A stretch of 40,149 nucleotides of DNA from Candidatus Eiseniibacteriota bacterium. GTDB lineage: Bacteria; Eisenbacteria; RBG-16-71-46. Positions 1-7,302 of this stretch are shown here, piece by piece; the first letter of the stretch is position 1; every line of letters starts with the position of its first letter. The notes below the pieces were generated by a model. The model did not search any database and was not told the DNA's origin. It saw only the letters and a program-made list of their open reading frames with translations. The position numbers and the translations under genes were made by a program. The stretch spans positions 1 to 40,149 of the forward strand of contig JAXDBZ010000038.1 of NCBI GenBank assembly GCA_034678345.1. The letters are read 5' to 3'.

Positions 1-1846
1 GGGCGGCCGGCACCAGCCGCGCCGCGCCGGGCCGCGGCCCGCGCGCGCCGCCCAGGCGATCGAGCGCCCAGGCCCCCAGCGCGAGGCCGCCCATGAAGGC
101 GGTGAGCAGCACGCCAAGGTCCTGATAGAGCACGCCGGAGCGCGTCTGGTAGTGGAGCAGGAGCACGGACTCCGCCAGCATGCCGGCGAAGCCGGCGGCG
201 GCGGCGTAGAGCGCGCGCCGCAGGACCGCGCCACGCCGCGCCAGGGCGAGGAGCAGGAGCAGCGCGGCCGCGCCCGCCCAGGCCGTGGGCGCGCGGACCA
301 GGTCGCGGGCCCCGAGCTCCGGCAGATCGAGGGCGGCGAGCCGCGGGACGTAGCGCGACAGCCACAGCACCATCGTCGCCTGGTAGCAGGCCGGGCGCGC
401 GTCGCGGTTGGCCCGCGCCCGGTCGCGCGCCAGCCGCCGCGCTGTCTCGGCGAAGCGATCGTTCGTGTAGAGGTAGCGCGCGTAGGCCGGCGTGGCGATG
501 CGCGCGTCCGGCAGCCGGGCGGCGAGCCGCGCCGCCGGCGCCGCCGGCTCGCGCGGCAGCGGGGCGCGCGAGGCCAGCAGCAGGTTCGTCGCGCCGGGCA
601 GCACGACCACGGACGGGAAGACCTCGCGCAGCGCGCGGTGGATGCCCGCCGCCCGCCGCGTCAGCGCCGGCGTCCAGAGGTTCTCGGCGCCGCGCAGGCG
701 CAGCGCGAGCACGCCGCCGGGCGCGAGCCGGGCGGCGCAGTCCGCGAAGAACTCCCGCGTGAAGAAGCGGTTCGCGCGACCCGACGAGGGCTCGGGCATC
801 CCCGAGAGGACGAGGTCGTAGTGGCCGGGCCGGGCGAGGAAGCGGCGCGGGTCGGCGAAGACGACGCGCACCCGCGGGTCGGCCAGGGCGCCGCGCTCCG
901 CCGCCGGCAGGTGCGGCAGCACGAGCCGGAGCATCGCCGGATCCAGCTCGACGTCGGTCACCGCCACGCGGCCCAGGCGCAGCACCTGCGGGACGAGCCC
1001 CTGCGCCGCGCCGCCCAGCACCAGCACCCGCCGCACGCTGCCGCGCTGCGCCGCCGCCAGGTGCACGAACTCCTCCGCCGCGAACGTCTGGCTCTCGTAG
1101 GCGAGGGCATCGCTCTCGAAGACCACGACCTGGCCGAGACTGCCGGTCACGGTGACGCGGCCGTAGGGCGTGTCGCGGGTGGCCAGCAATCGCGGGTGGT
1201 TCGCACGCGTCATGGCCCGATCGAGCGTGGGCGAGGTGGCGAGCAGCGCCAGCGCGACGACGACGCCCGCGGCGGGGAGGACGAGGCCGGCGCGGCCGCG
1301 AGAGCGCGATGCGGCCGCGGCGCACGCCCCGCCGCCGCACACCAGCGCCATCGCCCAGTTCTGCACGCCGAGGGCCGGCAGCGCGGTGGCGAGCAGCCCG
1401 CCGGCGAGTCCCCCGGCGCTCTCGAGGGCATAGGCGCGCGCGGCCGAGCCGCGGCCCGCGGCCGTGAACCGCCGCGCCATCCAGGGGAAGAGCAGGCCGC
1501 CGAGGAGGGCGGCGGGCAGCAGGCACAGGCCGAGCGTGGCGAGCTGAAGGCCGAAGGGCAGGTCGGCGCCGGTCACGCCGCCGAAGAGGCGGCGCGAACC
1601 GCGCGCCAGCGCGACGCCGGCGGGGATCGCCACGCCCAGCGCGAGCAGGCCGGCCGCGATGGCGCGGTGCCCCGCCCGGCGGGCGGCGTGCGCGGCGAGG
1701 GCGCCGGCGGCCGTGCCGGCGAGCCAGAAGCCGAGGCCGAGCACGAGCACCAGCTCGCTGCCGTAGGAGGCCACTTCGCACTCGCGCAGCAGCACGACCT
1801 GGCCGAGCAGCGCCAGGGCACCGAGGACGACGAGTCGTACGGTCAC
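1..1846 (-). CDS. Fused polytopic-membrane / spermidine-synthase-like (SpeE-fold) protein; C-terminal part cut by the window edge
   Basis: Absent from the ORF track because it has no stop inside the window. My manual minus-strand translation from GTG at 1846 stays open to base 1. It reads VTVRLVVLGALALLGQVVLLRECEVASYGSELVLVLGLGFWLAG... (hydrophobic N-domain). This is followed by ...RVLVLGGAAQGLVPQVLRLGRVAVTDVELDPAML...GHYDLVLSGMPEPSSGRANRFFTREFF...GGVLAL (SpeE-like Rossmann core), then further hydrophobic segments (LLLLLALA..., GVLLTAFMGGLALGAWAL). The GTG overlaps the upstream stop as GTGA (1843-1846). Confidence 0.7.
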   Translation of the reverse strand, partial: MTVRLVVLGALALLGQVVLLRECEVASYGSELVLVLGLGFWLAGTAAGALAAHAARRAGHRAIAAGLLALGVAIPAGVALARGSRRLFGGVTGADLPFGLQLATLGLCLLPAALLGGLLFPWMARRFTAAGRGSAARAYALESAGGLAGGLLATALPALGVQNWAMALVCGGGACAAAASRSRGRAGLVLPAAGVVVALALLATSPTLDRAMTRANHPRLLATRDTPYGRVTVTGSLGQVVVFESDALAYESQTFAAEEFVHLAAAQRGSVRRVLVLGGAAQGLVPQVLRLGRVAVTDVELDPAMLRLVLPHLPAAERGALADPRVRVVFADPRRFLARPGHYDLVLSGMPEPSSGRANRFFTREFFADCAARLAPGGVLALRLRGAENLWTPALTRRAAGIHRALREVFPSVVVLPGATNLLLASRAPLPREPAAPAARLAARLPDARIATPAYARYLYTNDRFAETARRLARDRARANRDARPACYQATMVLWLSRYVPRLAALDLPELGARDLVRAPTAWAGAAALLLLLALARRGAVLRRALYAAAAGFAGMLAESVLLLHYQTRSGVLYQDLGVLLTAFMGGLALGAWALDRLGGARGPRPGAARLVPAA

Positions 1847-3459
1847 TTCGTATCGGATTCGCGGAAGTGGATGCTCTGGAACGTCCAGAAGCGGGCGCCG
1901 CTCTTCCACGCGTCGGCCGGCAGGCCCGCCTTGCGGCACAGGTTCTCGAGCAGGGCCGTGCGGTCCCAGCCCTGCTCGGGCGCCACCTGCGGCAGGAAGA
2001 CGGCGGTGCGCCCGTCCTTGCGGATCTGCACGCCGTCGCGGCCGACGACGATCCCCTCGGGCCCGGCGACCGGGGCGAGCGGCGTGAGCACGGAGATCTC
2101 GATCTCGACCTCCTTCAGCTCGCGCTCCTCGAGCGGGGCGAAGCGCGGGTCCTCGAAGGCCGCGGCCAGCGCCATGGCCTGCACGGTGGCGCCGAGGGGC
2201 CGGTCCGGGGTCATGTGGCCGATGCAGCCGCGCAGTTCGCCCGCCTCGAAGAGGGTGACGAACGCGCCGCGGAGGCGTTGCGCCGCCGCCGGCAGGTCGT
2301 GGGGCAGCGGCGCGGCGCCGCCGGTCGCGAACCAGTGCTCGAGGGTCGTGCGCGCGAGCCGCAGCAGGGTGCGCTTCGCCGCCGCGTCCAGCGTCGCATC
2401 GGCGTCCGCAGGCCCGGGCGGCGGGGCCCCCGCGGGATCGCCCGCTCCAGGTCCGGGCGGGGAGGCGCCCGGTCCGGACGGGGCATCCGATCCGCCGGGA
2501 CCGGCGGTGAACGAGACCGCGCCGTAGCCCACCACGCGCGTGCGGTCGTGGGGCGGCACGTCGCCGCTGTTCGCCCACGAGACCAGCGTGCCGCGGGTGG
2601 CGCCGAGGGTGCGCGCCGCCGCCATCGCCGTCATCACCGCGCCCGCCCCGCAGGCGCAGGTCTCGAGTCCTGGGTATCCGGCGTTCATCTGGGCCTCCAT
2701 GGCCGCCTGCACCCCGGCCGGGTCGAGCCGCGCGATGGCGGCGAGCACGGCGTGGTCGGAGGCGCGGCTGCCTTCGGAATCGGGATAGTGGGAGAGGTCG
2801 CTGCTCGCCACGACGAGCGGGCGGTACCCGGCGAGCGTCCGGGCCAGCGCGCGGCCGATGCGCGCGCAGGTCGCGGGCTCCTCGCTGCCCACCACCACGG
2901 GCAGGACGGGGACTCCGGGGAAGAGCACCTGGGCGAAGGGCAGCTGCACCTCGATCGAGTGCTCGCGGACGTGCACGCGCGGGTCGGCGTTGAAGTCGCC
3001 GCCGGCCGCCCGCAGCGCGGCGGCGGCCCTCGCGTCCACCCGCGCCACGCCGAGCGGGGTGCGCATGCCGGAGCCCGCGTAGACCGAGGCGCCGCGGAAG
3101 GCGGCGGTGGTGTGGTTCGTGCCGAGGACGACGATGAGGCCGTAGCGGTGCCCGCGGGCCTGCGCCCAGCCGTCGGCGGCGATCCGGCCGGAGAAGTGGT
3201 AGCCCGCGTGTGGCACCACGAGGGCGACCGGTCTCGCGCCGGCCGCGGTCCTGGCCCCGGCGAGGAGGCTCCGCACCTCCCCGGCGAGCTGCGCGGGATC
3301 GGCCGGGTAGAACTGGCCCGCCACCGCCGGGGCGCGCACCTCGGACGTCGCCGCGTCCACCGCGCAGGCCGGCGCGGCCGCGACCGGGAAGGCGGCGAGC
3401 GCGAGCAGGAGCGCCGGACGGCGCAGCGCCGTCGCGGGCGCGGGCGCGGGCGACCTCAT
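1843..3459 (-). CDS. AmmeMemoRadiSam system protein B (Memo-like) fused to protein A (AMMECR1 domain), with an N-terminal signal-peptide-like leader
   Basis: 538-aa ORF. The N-terminal half carries Memo motifs: AGQFYPADP, VVPHAGY, LGTNHT, SSDLSHYP, ETCACGAGA. A Pro/Gly-rich linker (GPGGSDAPSGPGASPPGPGAGDPAGAPPPGP, about 2400-2505) follows. The C-terminal half is AMMECR1-like: GAFVTLFEAGELRGCIGH, AFEDPRF, IEISVLTPL, GRTAVFLPQV. The N-terminus MRSPAPAPATALRRPALLLALAAFPVAAAPACA looks like an export signal. The start overlaps the upstream stop (ATGA at 3456-3459). Confidence 0.85.
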   Translation of the reverse strand: MRSPAPAPATALRRPALLLALAAFPVAAAPACAVDAATSEVRAPAVAGQFYPADPAQLAGEVRSLLAGARTAAGARPVALVVPHAGYHFSGRIAADGWAQARGHRYGLIVVLGTNHTTAAFRGASVYAGSGMRTPLGVARVDARAAAALRAAGGDFNADPRVHVREHSIEVQLPFAQVLFPGVPVLPVVVGSEEPATCARIGRALARTLAGYRPLVVASSDLSHYPDSEGSRASDHAVLAAIARLDPAGVQAAMEAQMNAGYPGLETCACGAGAVMTAMAAARTLGATRGTLVSWANSGDVPPHDRTRVVGYGAVSFTAGPGGSDAPSGPGASPPGPGAGDPAGAPPPGPADADATLDAAAKRTLLRLARTTLEHWFATGGAAPLPHDLPAAAQRLRGAFVTLFEAGELRGCIGHMTPDRPLGATVQAMALAAAFEDPRFAPLEERELKEVEIEISVLTPLAPVAGPEGIVVGRDGVQIRKDGRTAVFLPQVAPEQGWDRTALLENLCRKAGLPADAWKSGARFWTFQSIHFRESDTK

Positions 3460-4403
3460 CGTTCCCCCCTCGTGTCGTGGCGCGGCACGTGCGGCGGCAG
3501 ATCGAGCGCGGCCAGCTCGGCGCCGGGCGGGCCCGCCGTGATCGTGACCGCACCATAGCCCACGACCCGCTCTCGGTCACCCATTGGAGCGTCGCCGCTG
3601 TTGGCGTGCGAGACCACGGTACCGCGCGTGGCCCCCAGCGCGCGGGCCGCCGCCAGGGTGGCGAGCAGCGGCGAGGCGCCGCAGGCGCAGGTGGCGAGGC
3701 CCTCGCGGCCGGCGCTCTCCTCGGCGCGGATCGTGCGACGCAGGCCGTCGGGGTCGAGCCGGGCGATGGCGGCGAGCACGGCGCGATCGGCAGCGACCGC
3801 GTCGTCGTAGCCCGGGTAGTGCGACAGGTCGCTGCTCGAGACGACCAGCGCGCGCCGGCCGGCGAGCACGCCGGCCAGTGCCACGCCGAAGCGCTCGCAG
3901 CGGCGGGGGTCCTCGCTGCCGACGACCACCGGCAGGATGGGCACGCCCGGCAGCACCGTCTGCACGAAGGGCAGCTGCACCTCGATCGAGTGTTCGCGCT
4001 CGTGCGGCCGCGGGTCGGAGGTGCACTCGCGGTCGGCCGCGAGCAGCGCCGACGCCGTGTCGCCGTCCACCGGCACGGTGCCGAGCGGGGTGCGGAAGCC
4101 GCCGCCGAGGAAGACCGCGACCCCCGAGAAGTTCGCCACCGTGTGGTTGGGGCCGAGCAGGACGACGAGGTCGTAGCGCTGGTTCTCGGTCTGGCGCCAC
4201 CCGTCGGCGGCGATCAGTCCCGAGTACACGTAGCCGGCGTGCGGCACGACCAGCGCGATGGGCCGCGACCCACGCTCCGCGTGGGTGCCCCCGAGCGGGG
4301 GCAGCGCCCGCTCGAGCAGGGCCCGCACGGTCGCCTCGAGCCGCGCCGGGTCGGCGGGGTAGAAGCTGCCGGCCACCACCGGGGAGCGCACCGCCGGTCG
4401 CAT
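3456..4403 (-). CDS. AmmeMemoRadiSam system protein B (Memo-like), stand-alone paralog without a signal peptide
   Basis: 315-aa ORF with the same Memo motifs as the neighbouring fusion: AGSFYPADP, VVPHAGY, LGPNHT, SSDLSHYP, ATCACGASP, VVGYGAV. The start lies 4 nt after the stop of the radical SAM gene. Confidence 0.85.
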   Translation of the reverse strand: MRPAVRSPVVAGSFYPADPARLEATVRALLERALPPLGGTHAERGSRPIALVVPHAGYVYSGLIAADGWRQTENQRYDLVVLLGPNHTVANFSGVAVFLGGGFRTPLGTVPVDGDTASALLAADRECTSDPRPHEREHSIEVQLPFVQTVLPGVPILPVVVGSEDPRRCERFGVALAGVLAGRRALVVSSSDLSHYPGYDDAVAADRAVLAAIARLDPDGLRRTIRAEESAGREGLATCACGASPLLATLAAARALGATRGTVVSHANSGDAPMGDRERVVGYGAVTITAGPPGAELAALDLPPHVPRHDTRGER

Positions 4404-4407
4404 CGTC

Positions 4408-5670
4408 TCAGCTCCACACGCCCGGGATGGCGCGGCCGCACTTCGGGCAGCGGCCGCCGCGCAGGTGGACGGCGCTCACGAACATGCCGTCGCGCTCGAT
4501 CACCTTCGTGCCGCAGCCCGGGCACCAGGTGTGGTTGCCGGGATGCCCCGGCAGGTTGCCGACGTAGGCGAAGCGCAGACCCTGCGCCATGCCGATCTCT
4601 CGCGCGCGCTCGAGCGTGGCCACCGGCGTGGCGGGGAGGTTGCGCAGCTGGTAGTCGGGGTGGAAGCGCGTGAAGTGCACCGGCACGTCGGGGCCCAGCT
4701 CGCCGGCGACCCACTTCGACAGCTCCGTGAGGTCGCGCGGCGAGTCGTTGAGCGTCGGCACGACCAGGTTGACGATCTCGAGGTGCACGCCGCTCCTGGC
4801 CACCTGCCGCAGGCTGCGCAGCACCGGCTTCAGCTCCGCCCCGCACACGTCGCGGTAGAAGTCCTCGCGGAAGCCCTTGAGGTCGATCTTGATGGCGTCG
4901 AGCACGCCGCACAGCTCGCGCAGCGGGGCCTCGTTCATGAAGCCGCAGGAGACGAGGACGGAGCGCCGGCCCAGTGGCCGGGCCGCCCGGGCGATGTCGG
5001 CCATGTACTCGAGGAAGACGGTGGGCTCGTTGTAGGTGAAGGCGATGACCGGGGCGGCGCGGTCCACCGCGGCGCGCGCGATGGCGGCCGCCGGCACGCT
5101 CGGCTGCGCGTAGTCCTCGGGGCGGGCCTGCGAGATCTCCCAGTTCTGGCAGAACTTGCAGCGCAGCGGGCAGCCGCTGGTGGCCAGCGAGTAGGCCGCG
5201 GCTCCCGGCAGGAAGTGGAAGAACGGCTTCTTCTCGATCGGGTCCACGTGGATGCTCATGGGCCGCCCGTACACCAGGCTCCTGAGCTCGCCGCCGACGT
5301 GGATGCGCGCCCCGCAAGCGCCGCGCTCACCCTCGGCCAGCGTGCAGCCGCGCGCGCAGAGCTGGCAGCGCACGAGCGTCCTCGCGTGCCGCGGTGCCGT
5401 GCCGGGCCCGGGGGTGCCCGCGCGCAGCGTGGGTCCGCCCGCGGCGTGGCAGGCGGCGCAATCGGTCGAGGCGGTCGAGACCCAGTAGCGCGCGCGGGGC
5501 GCGCGGCGGACCAGCTCGGCGCGGGGATCCCCGGCCGCGCGCGCGGCCGGCGGCAGAAGGATCTCGAGGCCGCGGGCGGCGGAGTGCAGCGCGCCGCCGG
5601 CCAGCAGGGCGCCGCAGCCCGCGCCGGTGGTGCGCAGGAAATCGCGCCGGGAGAAGGTGGATCGGGACAT
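4408..5670 (-). CDS. AmmeMemoRadiSam system radical SAM enzyme (PflA-like activase fold) with an N-terminal twin-arginine signal extension
   Basis: I trimmed the 904-aa track ORF to the internal ATG at 5670, which has GAGG about 7 nt upstream. N-terminus: MSRSTFSRRDFLRTTGAGCGALLAG (Tat-type motif). Family-typical Cys box: VRCQLCARGCTLAEGERGACGAR. Also DPIEKKPFFHFLPG, the radical SAM CX3CX2C motif CPLRCKFCQNWEISQ (about 5148-5174), and a C-terminal zinc ribbon CPGCGT...CPKCG. Confidence 0.85.
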   Translation of the reverse strand: MSRSTFSRRDFLRTTGAGCGALLAGGALHSAARGLEILLPPAARAAGDPRAELVRRAPRARYWVSTASTDCAACHAAGGPTLRAGTPGPGTAPRHARTLVRCQLCARGCTLAEGERGACGARIHVGGELRSLVYGRPMSIHVDPIEKKPFFHFLPGAAAYSLATSGCPLRCKFCQNWEISQARPEDYAQPSVPAAAIARAAVDRAAPVIAFTYNEPTVFLEYMADIARAARPLGRRSVLVSCGFMNEAPLRELCGVLDAIKIDLKGFREDFYRDVCGAELKPVLRSLRQVARSGVHLEIVNLVVPTLNDSPRDLTELSKWVAGELGPDVPVHFTRFHPDYQLRNLPATPVATLERAREIGMAQGLRFAYVGNLPGHPGNHTWCPGCGTKVIERDGMFVSAVHLRGGRCPKCGRAIPGVWS

Positions 5671-5717
5671 GGCCGCGCCTCGTTGGGCCGAAGCGTAGCG
5701 CAGGCGCGGGGGGCGGT

Positions 5718-7301
5718 CTACTCCCGGCCCGCGAACAGGCTCGGATAGCGGGCGAGGAAGGCGATGGCGTGCCGCAGCTCGCGCAGGTCCACCGCCTCGC
5801 CGATCTTGTGCGCGTTCTGCATGATGCCGGGCCCCAGCCCGAAGATGGCCGGGTGCCGCATGGTCCCGGCGGTGACCCAGCGCTTGGACTCGGGGACCAC
5901 CAGCGCGGGCTCGTCCACCGGCGCGGGCCAGCCCACGCCGTCGGTGGAGAAGCGCCAGTACCCGAGCCGCGGCTCGCGCCGCAGCGAGCCGCCGCCCTCG
6001 CGCGGCTCGTCCACGTGCGGGGTGACCACGGCGCGGTAGCAGGCCCGGGCCGCGGCGATGGCCGGGTGGTCCTCGGGGGTGCGCCAGGCCCCGTAGACCC
6101 GCGGGTTGCCCGGCGTGTAGCCGCGCCAGGTCGTCTCCTCGTAGCGTGGCACGGCGATCTCGACGTGGAGGCCGTCGGCGATCGCCCGGGCGACGCTGTC
6201 CAGGCCGGCGACGGCGCGCAGGGCGTCGTCGGGCGACTCGCCGGCGGTGAGCCGGCGGTCGAAGCGGAAGGTGAAGCGCTCGGGCACCGAGCAGTCGCTC
6301 GCCGTCTCGACCTTCGCCCAGGTGGCGGTGCGCGAGCCGGGTCCCAGCCGCTCGTCGTGGCCGAAGCTCTCGCCACGCTCGTGCCGCGCTGCCGCCTCGG
6401 CGAGGATGGCCGCGCCGTGCTCGAGCGGGTTGAGGCCCTCGCGCGGGATCGAGCCGTGGCAGGACCGCCCGGTGACGCGCACCTCGATGGTCATGCGGCC
6501 CCGCTGACCGCAGCGGATGACCAGGGCGCCGTCCGTGGTGTCGCCGCTCATCTCGGTGAGCACGACGACGTCGGGCAGCATGGCGGGCGGCGCGCCGGGG
6601 AAGACCCGGCGCGTCAGGTAGAGCGGGCCGCCGCCCTCGTTGTCCTCCTCGGCCGGGGTGACGTAGCTGCGTACGACGACGCCGCGCAGGGCGCCGGCGG
6701 CGCGCAGCTCGACCAGGATGCGCGAGGCGACGATCTGCGCCACCACCCCGCCGAGCTGGTCGGCCGCCCCGCGGCCGAAGACCAGGTGCTCCCACTCGTC
6801 GTCGGGCGGCAGCCAGCCCAGCTCGCTCCGCAGGAAGCCGCGGTCGAGCCGCGCCGGGTCCACCAGGCCGTCGTAGGGGTCGAGTCCCCCGGTGCGCTCG
6901 TGCCAGCGGTCGCGCAGCGCGTGTACCGTGTCGGCGTGGCCGTCGAGGTAGACGACGCGCTTGTCGCGGCGCGCCACGCCGTCGTCGGGGTCCTCGAGCA
7001 CCCAGTAGAGGTTGCCGAAGGCGTCGAAGCCGACGTCGTCCTCGTGCAGCAGGCCGCCGGTCTCGAGCAGCGCCTGGCGCAGGTAGCGCAGGCGCGGGCC
7101 CTCGTGGTTGCTGGTGCCGCACAGCGGATCGCCGCCGGACCCCGACCCCGGGGGTGCCCCGGCGGGTGCCCCCGGGGCGCGGTCCACGTGGTCGGCGGGG
7201 ATGCGGATGGCCTCGCGCAGGAGGGAGGCCGCCAGCGGCAGGTCGCGCGCGGCGGCCGAGGCGATGGCCGCGTCCAGCCCGCCGCGCGCTCCGTCGCTCA
7301 T
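5718..7301 (-). CDS. M20 family metallopeptidase / amidohydrolase (ArgE/DapE/YgeY-like), 527 aa
   Basis: M20 metal and catalytic motifs: LDGHADTV, GRGAADQLGG, PAEEDNEGGG, and the dimerisation-domain-like GRMTIEVRVTGRSCHGS. The ATG at 7301 lies 1 nt after the stop of the upstream carbamoyltransferase. The N-terminal region has a low-complexity insert, APGAPAGAPPGSGSGGDP. Confidence 0.8.
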   Translation of the reverse strand: MSDGARGGLDAAIASAAARDLPLAASLLREAIRIPADHVDRAPGAPAGAPPGSGSGGDPLCGTSNHEGPRLRYLRQALLETGGLLHEDDVGFDAFGNLYWVLEDPDDGVARRDKRVVYLDGHADTVHALRDRWHERTGGLDPYDGLVDPARLDRGFLRSELGWLPPDDEWEHLVFGRGAADQLGGVVAQIVASRILVELRAAGALRGVVVRSYVTPAEEDNEGGGPLYLTRRVFPGAPPAMLPDVVVLTEMSGDTTDGALVIRCGQRGRMTIEVRVTGRSCHGSIPREGLNPLEHGAAILAEAAARHERGESFGHDERLGPGSRTATWAKVETASDCSVPERFTFRFDRRLTAGESPDDALRAVAGLDSVARAIADGLHVEIAVPRYEETTWRGYTPGNPRVYGAWRTPEDHPAIAAARACYRAVVTPHVDEPREGGGSLRREPRLGYWRFSTDGVGWPAPVDEPALVVPESKRWVTAGTMRHPAIFGLGPGIMQNAHKIGEAVDLRELRHAIAFLARYPSLFAGRE

Positions 7302-7302
7302 C

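Noticed and set aside
152-2527. 791-aa plus-strand ORF, and the similar 1867..3558 (+) and 3210..4673 (+) ORFs
   Set aside because: Their Arg/Gly/Ala/Pro-dominated translations have no motifs. They lie antisense to minus-strand genes that show clear family signatures (SpeE-like, Memo, AMMECR1). Such shadow ORFs are typical of very GC-rich DNA.
4408-7122. Long 5' extensions of true genes in the track (4408..7122, 7303..10248, 7108..10155, 8466..11216, 10193..12451, 26518..28839, 25472..26671)
   Set aside because: The upstream portions read through neighbouring genes or intergenic DNA and translate to junk. I trimmed each to an internal start with an SD and a sensible N-terminus (signal peptide or conserved family start).
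5718-7301. A selenoprotein or in-frame TGA recoding in the YgeY-like M20 hydrolase, considered because YgeY is often annotated as a selenium-metabolism hydrolase
   Set aside because: The ORF is uninterrupted, with no in-frame TGA and no SECIS-like hairpin that I could identify. Nothing in the sequence supports recoding.
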